This document shows positions 1 to 10,317 of a DNA stretch of 62,035 nt, piece after piece. How positions within the stretch are numbered: position 1 is the first letter of the stretch; each line of letters begins with the position of its first letter. Both the position numbers and the translations under genes were made by a program. This DNA comes from Macrostomum lignano (Eukaryota): positions 1 through 62,035 of the forward strand of contig NIVC01004063.1 of NCBI GenBank assembly GCA_002269645.1. Direction: 5' to 3'. The notes beneath the pieces are model-generated. The model worked only from the letters and a program-made list of their open reading frames with translations, searched no databases and was not told the DNA's origin.

Positions 1-300
1 GGCTAGTGTTTTGGTTAGGGTTAAGGGTTAGTGTAATTTTTTAGATCTAGTTGTATAGATAGGGTTAGTGTTTTGGTTAGGGTCGGTAGGGTTAAGGGTG
101 TTATAGGGCTAGTGTTTTGGTTAGGGTTAAGGGTTAGTGTAATTTTTTTAATCTAGTTTATAGATAGGTTAGTGTTTTGGTTAGGGTTCGTTAGGGTTAA
201 AGGTTAGTGTTTAGGGTTAGGGTTTGGTTAGGGTTAAGTGTTAGTGTAAATAGGGTGGGTTTCGGGTAGGTTAGGTACGTCAGTCAGTTTGTGTTAGTCA
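1..300 (+). repeat. Degenerate telomere-like (TTAGGG-variant) satellite with a ~106-bp higher-order unit
   Basis: GGTTAGGG/GGTTAAGGG/GGTTAGTG variants throughout; the block ggctagtgttttggttagggttaagggttagtgtaatttttt recurs at 1 and ~107. Confidence 0.8.
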
Positions 301-1784
301 GGTATCGTGGACCTATTTCTACCCCAGCTCAGACCTGCTACCCTATCACAGTGCGGCGAACTAAGAGCTCAGCTTTATTGACTGCGACTGTTTTCTGGGG
401 CAACACAAGCTGCGCCTATTCAGCTGCGTACTAACCAAGACAATATCTGCTTAACTTGCAGCGCTACTCAATAAAATTACCATAATATGCTTTCGTTGCT
501 CTCCAATCAATATACATTATAGCAATATTTGTAAACACTTTCCACCAGATTAGTCGGCTTAGGCAAATTCAATAATAGCTTTGAAGAGAAGTAGGGAGAG
601 AGCGGATCAATGTTAATGTATTGGCTGTTCACTGCTTGAAGGGAAAGAAGAGTGTCAAAGACTGGTCCAATTCTCCGCATTGGGGACGCTGATGATTTAT
701 TATTATATTAGCTATAGCTGCTCAAACTGCTCACTCTCTGCTCACACTCTGTACAGCGCTCACTAAGGCCAGGGCAGGGGCTTCCGCCTAGGCAGAGAAT
801 TAAGGCAAAATAGGATTTAGCCTGAGTATTCAAATTCCATTTTAAAGGCTGACACAAACTGAATCCCTGATTGAAAGGTATATATTTCAGTATATATATA
901 TATATACCTTATGCGTTGTTTTCATCACTGGAAGCTTTGTTCTATTAATGGTGCAGATATTTTCAAAATTGAAAATTGTCTTTGTCTTTTTCAGTAGACT
1001 ATGCCTCTGAATGCTTCTTAACCCAAGCCCTTTGAAAATAACACAAAAAACAACAGCCGAGTTCTAATAGATTTGGTTTTTGCTCGAATATATCACTTCG
1101 TAGGTTAAAGAAACAGGCAATTTTAGAAAGTTAAAACAATAAAAGTTGCTTTTCGTGTACCGTAGAACACGTTGTTCGTTGTTTTGAGAATAGAGAATAA
1201 GACGATCTTACAAATCAATTTAAAATAAGGTGTGATTTGTTAACTTAGCTTCCACACTAAACAAATGCATTGTGTATGTAATTTTCTTTGAACAGATTCT
1301 TTTTCCATCACTAATGCTAATTTTGATAAGATAAGGAGGGATAGAAATAAAGGTGGGATAAGCAGTCACGTGATGAAATGCGTACATGGGGTTAGAACCT
1401 AGGTATGAGAGAGCACAAGGCGAGCCAATCAAAGAGCAGGACAGACCAGCACTGCGAAATGATTGGCAAAACTAAACTAATTGCAATAGTTAAATTAAAA
1501 ATATATAATAATATAAGATATAGTTCACTTGATATTGGTTCTCCCCTGCTGAGTGAAATTAGCTGGCTTGGGAGAGGGGGGTTGTGGCGTGAGGTGGGCC
1601 TGTGTCTAGGGGGTAGGCATTTACTTATTTTCCTGCCCCCATGTACATTAGTCGTGTACATTCTTAAGCGTGTAACAATGTACTTATAGAGTTAGGCTGA
1701 ACCAGAGTTGTTGGAACAATGAACTTTCGAACTCTTTTCCAAGAAATGTTTCTCAACTTATGAGCAAACCACTTTCGCGCTCAC

Positions 1785-2127
1785 CTTGAACTTAACCTCG
1801 TAGTTCGGATCTGGAAGGTTGCACTCGAATACGTGCCAGTTGGCGGCGGCCCCGGCCGCCATAGGGGCGCCCTGTACAGTGCAGATGTAGTCTCCGCGCC
1901 TGTCGTACACTTCAACATTGCGCGCGGTGGCTACAAGGCGCACAGACCGGATGCTCAGATTGTGATGCGCGTCGCAGTGCAGGCGCAGCTCGCAAGCATC
2001 TCGCGAAGGATTCGTCAACTCCGGATGCTCGAATGGACAGAGGCTGATGTAGCGCTTCGGCGGCTGCGACTGCTGCAGTATAGATTCTGTCTGGTTGCCA
2101 GTCTGTGGGCTGTTGGTACGACTGCCT
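1785..2127 (-). CDS. PAAT: Internal exon of a probable ATPase PAAT/C10orf88 homolog (other exons not resolved)
   Basis: Translation ...CELRLHCDAHHNLSIRSVRLVATARNVEVYDRRGDYICTVQG... resembles the PAAT N-terminal motif (human IASIGILSSARNMEVY-GEEYCGTSRG, from memory). It is bounded by an AG acceptor (2129-2128) and a GTGAGC donor (1784). No upstream Met lies in the exon. Confidence 0.55.
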
Positions 2128-5100
2128 CTTTAATTTTAAAATTAAATAAAAAGGAATATCATATGATCTTTGATAATATCTAGACAAGGTAGTACTAAGT
2201 CGTACGTTTAACTGCAATTCTATCATTATTGGAAATTAAAAAATGAATGTTGAATAAATCAAACATAGACAGAAAATATATAATTATATAAACAAATATG
2301 CTAACATATCTATATTCTATTTAACATTCATATTTAAGTTTTTGACCCTGATTTAAAAATTTAGACACAAAATATCGAGACAGTAAAAACAGATATTTAC
2401 CTAGCACTTTATCGAATGAATTAAAGTATTTAGACAATTCTTATGTAATTAAAGATTTAAAACTGGACTATAAAGGACTTGAAGAATAGTGAAAAAAAGT
2501 CTTTTTAAGTGCACATGAAACAATAAGTAAGAATACAATACATTCATTAACTTACGTGTCGCTAGAAAGATCTTCGTCACTCTTTTCCGGTAAGCTTATA
2601 ACACTTTGCGATATAATGCTGCGCAGTTTTATATTGTCTTGAATCTCCCAACTAATAAAAGCATTGCAGGACATTGCTTGACTCTAAACAGTAGATAAAG
2701 TAAATAGTCGATGCTATCTTGGAAAATTATTGAAATTACTTGGAATTTAAGACCAAAAAACTAAGCCAACAGATTATTTTGGGCAGGGGTCGATTTTTTA
2801 TAGAATAATTTCCGTCACTTCAGTTGAGAAATTCAGGCTTAAAAAATTAAACCGGTGCTTTTTGTTTGCGCTTTAAGGACTTTAGGGTATGAAAGAATTA
2901 GTAAGTCATTTTTATATTTTAAAAAATACTGCAAATCAATGGCAGTAAATAACTACTCATTTTGATATCTTACTTATCCTGCGTGATTTTTTGTTAAAAT
3001 GCTTGTTAAAAACCCGACAAAATAAACTTGATGAATTCGTATCAAATAATCAGAATACGTATCTTCCTTTCCACTGTTGGATTCGTGTGAAAAAATTTAA
3101 TACGTTGCCTTAACTGTTACATTTATTTGCTTATTAACATGTAATTATATACTGTAGTACCCCTAGTGCCCTTAGCTTGTGTCCACCTAGCATATGTGTT
3201 AAGATATTTCATTCTTGCGTTTTGAATTCTGTACCGTGCAGTATACTGTATTGTTGCAAGATTATGCTGTACCTAAATGCTATTCTGATGCCGGCTTTGG
3301 GTTCTCGCGCCGATATTGTACGGTTTCAACACCGATCGTTTAATTGATCCAAAGGACGTGGACTCTGCATGTAACTTAAGAAAGACTCGATCTGCAGTCG
3401 CGAATGGTCCATTTTTTGAAGGCTGGACTTAAAATTTATATTTTTTCTGAATGGCTTCATGTAAAGGGCTAACTATTTTGTACTTTGTTCAGATTTTCCA
3501 AGGACCACTTGCAGACAACCCCAGTTTTGTATTTGCCTCATGTATACCCGAAGGCAATTTCGATTGGAAACTTTTAATCCAGGAAATTTTAGTTTTTCTT
3601 TTGTGTTGAAAGACTGCAACACAACAAATGTACCCCATCTATTTTTGTGTGTAGATACGAACCGCGAGTGCAGCGTTTTTAATAAACTATATACATGTAC
3701 TTAGACGTCCTTTGCAGTATTGATCTTGGGTATAGCTTGTGCATGGTGTGATGGAGTTGGCCATGGTCCATTCTGCTAAAATAGTGTTTGAGGATACATA
3801 ATACCAAAAAGATGTGGCTGCCAATTCCTGATGCACACGTAGACAGCTGAAGTAGGACGCTGCACTCATTTTTCTTCGATATGAGCTGCAAGCTGGTCTA
3901 AGGATTGGACTTTTTGTAGTGCAGCTTATTCTTGACCGCATTTGTCTATAGCCAAACCCCATTCAGCATTATGCCCAATGCACTGGCGATACGACAACTG
4001 TGCGTTCCTTACCGGCATCAGGCTCATTTCTAAGAAAATCCACATGACAAATGGGAATGACTTACGGCGATGGAATTAAAAAAAGGGGCACCATGATGGG
4101 TGTGAATGATTCTGAACTAAAATAGAGAGGTTGCTGTTGGCATACATGTATAAGGAGTAGGATGGGTGTAAGGAGTGAGTCATCGATGAGTCATCAGGTG
4201 GGCTTGTATCTAAATTTCGAGACCAAGTACAGTACCATAATGAAACCAAGTGGTCATCATAATTAGCCTACTGATCGGGCCAAACGAAGTCTTTTCCAGT
4301 TGACAGTTTTGGGAGCCCTGGCATCTCGTACACCAACATGTATACATGTAACAAATGGGTCTTTGTCTGATCTCAGCAACAGACCCGGCACTGCAGGCTC
4401 AACGGCTGGATATTCTGAGAAGGCGCCAGGCCAGTTGCATCTCTTATCTAGATATGAAGACACGCTATTGAAAGAATGCTTGTCGGCCATAAGCTGCGAC
4501 AGCTGCCGAAGCGATGAAAGGTGCCGGACAGAACTAGGCTTGAGGCTGAGACTGTAAATTTGGATGCGCCCGCGCTCTAAGCACTAAAATCCGACCGAAA
4601 ACTGCCACCGACGTCACCCCACCTATCCAACAACTGCTGCCGAATACATTGCGCTCGACACCAGCGTTAATAGCTCTCTCAGCTCCCCTTCCACTGCCGC
4701 TACTTGCGAAGCGTGTCAAGCGAAGCCGCTTGCATTTTGATGATGTTGCTGCAGTCAGCCCCCCCCCCACTCTCTCTCGCTATGCGGCGGCTGGTTTTGA
4801 AAAAAAGAACGGGGAATTCCGGGCGTGCGCGGCGCCGCCGTGTCTGGGAGGAAGCCTTGATAATTTCTCTCGAACGGCGACTGGACAGGAAGTGGGAATC
4901 TGCGGCCCAGATGCCCGGGGGAAATAGAAATAGATGGGGAAGAAGGATGCCCACCCAAGTAGAGAAAATGGAGAGAGAAGGAATTCCTTTTATCCTGCTG
5001 GTTGACAAAGTATGCCTATTGGTGATTGATAAAAGCAGGATTTTGCCGATTTGTATGGATAGATCTTGTTCCTGTCGCATCAACAGGGACAGGGTCTATA

Positions 5101-5334
5101 GCTTTCGTTGCTTTATTTAAATCCGCAAAAATATCGTGTCTGCATCTTTGATTTTATTTAGTATATGGAACAGCGGCAGTGTTATTGAGGAAACAGAACC
5201 GACAGAAACAAGGAAGAGATAAGGCAGAAATAATATAGAGATTAGAAAACGATAAGTGAGAGTTAAAGGAGAGATCAGAGAGGTAAGAGAGAGATTTTAT
5301 AGAGTGATCAGAGATCAGAGATATATATCAGAGA

Positions 5335-5363
5335 CAGACAGACAGAGAGAGAGAGAGAGAGGG

Positions 5364-5401
<38 letters not shown>

Positions 5402-5830
5402 TCAGATTAAAAAAGCGAGATGAGAGAGAGATAAGAGAGAAAGAGAGAGATCAGAGAGAGAGAGAGATCAGAGAGAGATCAGAGAGAGATCAGAGGAGAG
5501 CTGAGAGATCAGAGAGACATCAGAGAGAGATCAGAGAGCGATCAGAGAGAGATAAGAGAGAAAGAGAGAGATCAGAGAGAGAGAGAGATCAGAGAGAGAT
5601 CAGAGAGAGATCAGAGAGAGATCAGAGAGATCAGAGAGAGATCAGAGAGAGATCAGAGAGAGATCAGAGAGAGATCAGAGAGAGATCAGAGAGAGAGAGA
5701 GATCAGAGAGAGATCAGAGAGAGATCAGAGAGAGATCAGAGAGAGATCAGAGAGAGATCAGAGAGAGATCAGAGAGAGATCAGAGAGAGATCAGAGAGCG
5801 ATCAGAGAGAGATCAGAGATAAATGAGAGA
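5335..5830 (+). repeat. (GA)n / (GAGAGAGATCA)n microsatellite
   Basis: Tandem gagagagatca units, seen directly. Confidence 0.95.
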
Positions 5831-6566
5831 GACAGAGAGAGAAAAACACCCAGAACAGTGGCAGCCCAGGTCACAGTTGAGTGCGCCGCAAAATACGAGC
5901 ACGATCGTAGCACAATGGCTTCGCCAGCCACTTGGCCTGAAAAAAAGTGGCTTTGCCAGATAGAAGAACCGCAGCGGATCAAAGCTCCTTCAACTGCATA
6001 GCCAGCTATTGAAATTAGCAAGTTGTCTAACTGAAGTGGGTTGGCTAAATAGAGATTGGAACACTGTATCATACTGCAGTAGACAATGGCTGCTGAGATA
6101 GAAGCCGTATGTTTATTACAGTTGAAAAGATTTTAGCCTAGTGTCGATAGTGTGCCGCATTGTCGCAAGCATACGCTGCGTTAGCCCAATGGCACCTGCG
6201 AAGTTAGTTAGCGCCTTATAGAGCTTGCTAATTGTGTAACCTCACTGGCTGCTGGCCTTACCTGCTCAATAGCTCAACAACAGCAACAATCGCTGCAGGC
6301 GTGTTGAGTCGCACGTATCTAATTGCTCACTAAATGAAATTCGCCGGCGTGAATAGCGGCAGTAAATCACTGCCATCTGAATTGCTCGAGAGAAGGCGAC
6401 AAAATTTCTTTTATTATCGGGTGAAAATGCTTTGTCGGCGAGTTCTTCTTCTTAGTTGGCTGCTGCTCTCGCGTCTCTGTGCAGTTTGGCCTAAGCTGGC
6501 TCTCCGCCATGGAGTTCTTAATAGAGCATCTGGACGGGAAAACAAAGTGCAACACCGGCTCATTTA

Positions 6567-7129
6567 CTCAGCAACAGTCAAAAGTTCCACCCTCCAAGTG
6601 AGGTGAAAAATTTCTCACTTACGAGTATTGCGACAACTTCTCACTCGCAATTTAAACCTCAAGTTGCGCAACTAAGCCGCCGCGAGGAGGGAAAGTTCAT
6701 TGAATCAATAATAAACGTCAGTAGCACAAAATCATAACAGTTAGTTTTTTATGCTATTTTTAGTTAGAATCGCGATGCTTAATAAAGCGTGTGGGATCCC
6801 CTTGCACGCAGAAGTGTGGTGACTCTTCGGTGCATCCCCAGGATGAGGCGGCGCAGAAAGTCCTGGAGAAGCTGCTGCCAAGCGTTTTCAATGGCATGAC
6901 GCAACTCCGCAACATTCTGTGTTGGATTCTCTTTTCGAATACTGCGTTTTAAGGTCCCAGACATGGTCGATGGGATTCAGCATCGGCTCGGTGAACGGCA
7001 TCCTGGACCATTAAGCAGAACCAAGCCACCCCCAAGTAGCAATAAGCTTTGCGCGTGCCTTAAGTTGCGTCACTCGCAGTAAGTGAAAAAAATCTCGCTT
7101 GAAGGGTGGAACTTCTGACTCTTTCTGAG
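6567..7129 (-). mobile_element. Internally deleted Tc1-like DNA transposon retaining the transposase C-terminus
   Basis: Imperfect ~60-bp TIRs (ctcagcaacagtcaaaagttccaccctccaagtgag / ctcgcttgaagggtggaacttctgactctttctgag) flanked by TA on both sides. The minus strand 6779-7010 encodes LNPIDHVWD...VAELRHAIENAWQQLLQDFLRRLILGMHRRVTTLLRARGSHTLY, a typical Tc1 DDE C-terminus with a frameshift. Confidence 0.85.
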
Positions 7130-7569
7130 TATAAGTTAAGCGAAATTGATCCAGGTTAGTACTCGTACGCATTTGACTACGATTAAGGTTTAGCAGGTTT
7201 AGTGAGTTTCCAATCCAGATAGCGCGTTCAAAAAGTCCATGACAGTGCTTAAACCAAGCTATCTTTCAGATATTTTGTCACCATTGTTTGAAAAGTTTTA
7301 TAATGGACTGCTTGGCACAGGGGTGGGAGGAGACAAGACGTCTTTTTCTCTCTTACCTTAACCTGACTGCGTCACCCCAAAGTAGGTGCTAAAATCTTCG
7401 AAAACGAAGTAACGCTAAAATCCCCACCCCGTGATCCTCAATTTAGCTTTAGCAGCAATCCCATTGGCTGGCTGGTGAATTCTTTATCCTCCCGCCAAAG
7501 TCTGTTAAGTCGCAGCAGGAGTTTGGAGACTTCATCTGAGAGAATTTGCTCCTGAACCGGTTCGACCTG

Positions 7570-8429
7570 ATGGAGATTGCAAAGATTCTGGAACTAAACG
7601 ATCAGCCGGCAGCGAAAAGGGTCTGCGGTGGCGGCGGCGGCGGCGGCGGTGCCTCGTCGGTCTGTACTGGCAAAGAGCCGCAGCACCATCATTATTATCA
7701 TCATCAGCTTCATCTTTGGCAGCAGCAGCAGCATCAGAATCAGACGCACAGCACTGGATCCAATGGCGAACTGCTGCAATGTGAAATGAAGTAAAAACAA
7801 ATGCGTAATTGTCACATTATCTACAATAACTCGTATTATTTTCTAGTAAAACTTGACGATTAGAAAGTCAGGGCCGCTGTACACTTAAGCGTACGCCCAG
7901 GGCTTAGCGGAATGAGGCTGGGCTGCCTGCAGTGCCTAGAAGAACACTTTGTAAAACTCAAGAACTCACTCAGCGAACTACAGTAGGCATGATAAGCATG
8001 TAAAATTTGCTCTCAACCCCAACCACTTTTGAACTCGTGATTATCCAGCAAACTGTCCAGCGAGTTGACTGAAATCCGTCGCGAACTGCAAGCGGCTGCG
8101 GCGGCTCACGACGAACAATTGAAAAGTATTGACGGCTACAGTCGCGAGCTCGATTCCATGCAACGGGAGCGGCTGGCTCACGTGCAGCAGCTGCGGAGTC
8201 TGCATGCCAGCATCAGCTCGGTGAGGCTTTGGGCAGTGTCCGTGATGCCTGAGCAGTGTTCATGCTGACTGATGCCTGAGCAGTGTCCATGTTGACTGAT
8301 GCCTGAGCAGTGTCTATGCTGACTGACTGTCTAACTGTCTGCCTGTCTGTCTGTGTGTCTTAGTGCTTGTCTTAGTGTCTGTCTTAGTGTCTGTCTTAGT
8401 GTCTGTCTTGTGTCTGTCTATCTGTCTTG

Positions 8430-8468
<39 letters not shown>

Positions 8469-8646
8469 GTGTCTCTCTGTCTGTCTGTCTGCCTGTCTGT
8501 CTGTGTGTCTTAGTGCTTGTCTTAGTGTCTGTCTTAGTGTCTGTCTTAGTGTCTGTCTTAGTGTCTGTCTTAGTGTCTGTCTTAGTGTCTGTCTTAGTGT
8601 CTGTCTTGTGTCTGTCTATCTGTCTTGTGTCTGTCTATCTGTCTTG

Positions 8647-8709
<63 letters not shown>

Positions 8710-8750
8710 GTGTCTCTCTGTCTGTCTGTCTGTCTGTCTGTGTCTTAGTG

Positions 8751-8789
<39 letters not shown>

Positions 8790-9813
8790 TTCGTCTGTCT
8801 GACTGACTGAGCAACCGCGCACCCCTCGCCACCGCAGGCCGAGCACAGCCTGAAGCGGGCTGAGCAGTCGCGGCAGCGCGAGATCGCAAGGGCACGCAGT
8901 CTGGCCGACCGCTACGACGGGCTGCTTGGCCGGCTGAATCGGTTGCGCCTGCTGAGCAGTCTGGAGCCGCTGCCGATGCTGCCGGAGTCGCCAGCAGCCA
9001 CCAGCGACTGCGGAGATTGTGTCGCCGCCGCATCGGCAGTCTTCGTTTCCGGATCTTCATCAGCTGAGTTGAGTCTGGAGGGATTTTAAAGCCGGGGAAA
9101 AACGTTTCTTACTGTCGAATTAATCAAGTTGTGAACTAGCGAAGTGACTAAGCAAGAAGTTTTCTACGATGTGAAGTTTCAAGCTTGTGCTGGGAGGTTG
9201 TAAAACGCCTCCCCTTTAACTCACTAGAAAAGCAACTAAGAATTTTTTACCTTGATCGTATTTTAACATTTTAACTTTTGTTGGGCTGAATGCAAATTAG
9301 TGAAGTTCGTTGTTTTCTGTTTGCAAGGTTATCAGAACTTCAAGTAAAGAACAAAAGATGGAACTCAGTTATACTCATAGTATGCAAATTGCTTTAACCG
9401 CGCGTTTTACCAAAATTTTCAGCTACACTTCCTCCCTGGTGCCGCTCCGTCCGCCCTATCATCTGGCGGCTCTGCCGTCATTTCTACCTCAATTTCCACC
9501 GCCACCGCCGCTAATTCCGCCGACTTTCCTGTCGCCGCCAGCGCCACCACCATCAAGTCCGCCCAGCCGACAGCAGCAGGTCGTGAATCATCGCCAGCCA
9601 CCAAGGCAGTCACCATCAGCCTCCTCCTGCTCATCGGCATCTAAACAACAACAACAACAGCAGCAGCAAAGGTCTCAGCTGCCTCAGCCGCCAATGAAGG
9701 CCTGCCTGTCCTGCCAGCAGCAGATCCATCGGAACGCTCCGATCTGCCCGCTATGCAAGGCCAAGAGCCGATCAGCGCACCCGAAAAAGCAGAAAAGAAA
9801 GGCGGAAAGTTAA
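7570..9813 (+). CDS. ZC4H2: Zinc finger C4H2 domain-containing protein (4 coding exons; exon3/exon4 junction uncertain)
   Basis: Exons ~7570-7790, 8049-8220, 8838-~9065 and ~9424-9813. Coiled-coil part ...[15 protein letters not shown]...[30 protein letters not shown]...; C-terminal [29 protein letters not shown] is near-identical to vertebrate ZC4H2. Exon 1-2-3 junctions are GT-AG and phase-compatible. Confidence 0.92.
8225..8805 (+). repeat. Intronic compound repeat: 27-bp unit x3, then (TCTG)n/(TGTCTTAG)n/(CCTG)n
   Basis: Seen directly; it fills ZC4H2 intron 2. Confidence 0.95.
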
Positions 9814-10317
9814 AGTTGATGCCCAGGATGAAATGACTATCGATGCAAACGTTGAGCGACGAAATCTGCTTAAATCTGCGATGCTAACACGCTTCCAGCC
9901 TATTAAATGTGCCTTGTACTGCAGAGTCACAATCATTTTGTAGAATATAGCTTGAAGTGAAACCGCTCTTTGGTACAAATAAAAGCGTATGCAGTACGGA
10001 GCATACGCTACTCATCCACCCTGTCCACTCTAAAGCTATACGAGTATACGAGTACACTTGATGTCGAACATTTTTTATTGTACAAAAAATAGCGTTCGAG
10101 CAGAGTACAGTTTGGCTTGTACGATAGTGTTTGAAAAGTAACAAGAATTTTGTAATAACTTTTAAATGGGTAAACTTATCAACTTGACATTTTTATGTAG
10201 CAAGTTTGAAAATATGGAGAGCACACAGCTTCAGGTTCAACCTTAACAACCTGCATGCGTCAGAGATATCTTACAGGAAAGTTCAGACCTCAATATTAAT
10301 AGCTACGATCAGGCATT

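Noticed and set aside
3679-3962. Possible SWIM-finger or transposon remnant (STCASGIGSHIFLVL)
   Set aside because: The cysteine pattern is incomplete, the frames are interrupted and no termini were found; too weak to call.
4176-4235. Hammerhead ribozyme (minus strand has CGAAA...CTGATGA)
   Set aside because: The stem II closing G-C pair and stems I and III cannot be formed; the CTGATGA is part of the AP-1 tandem motif.
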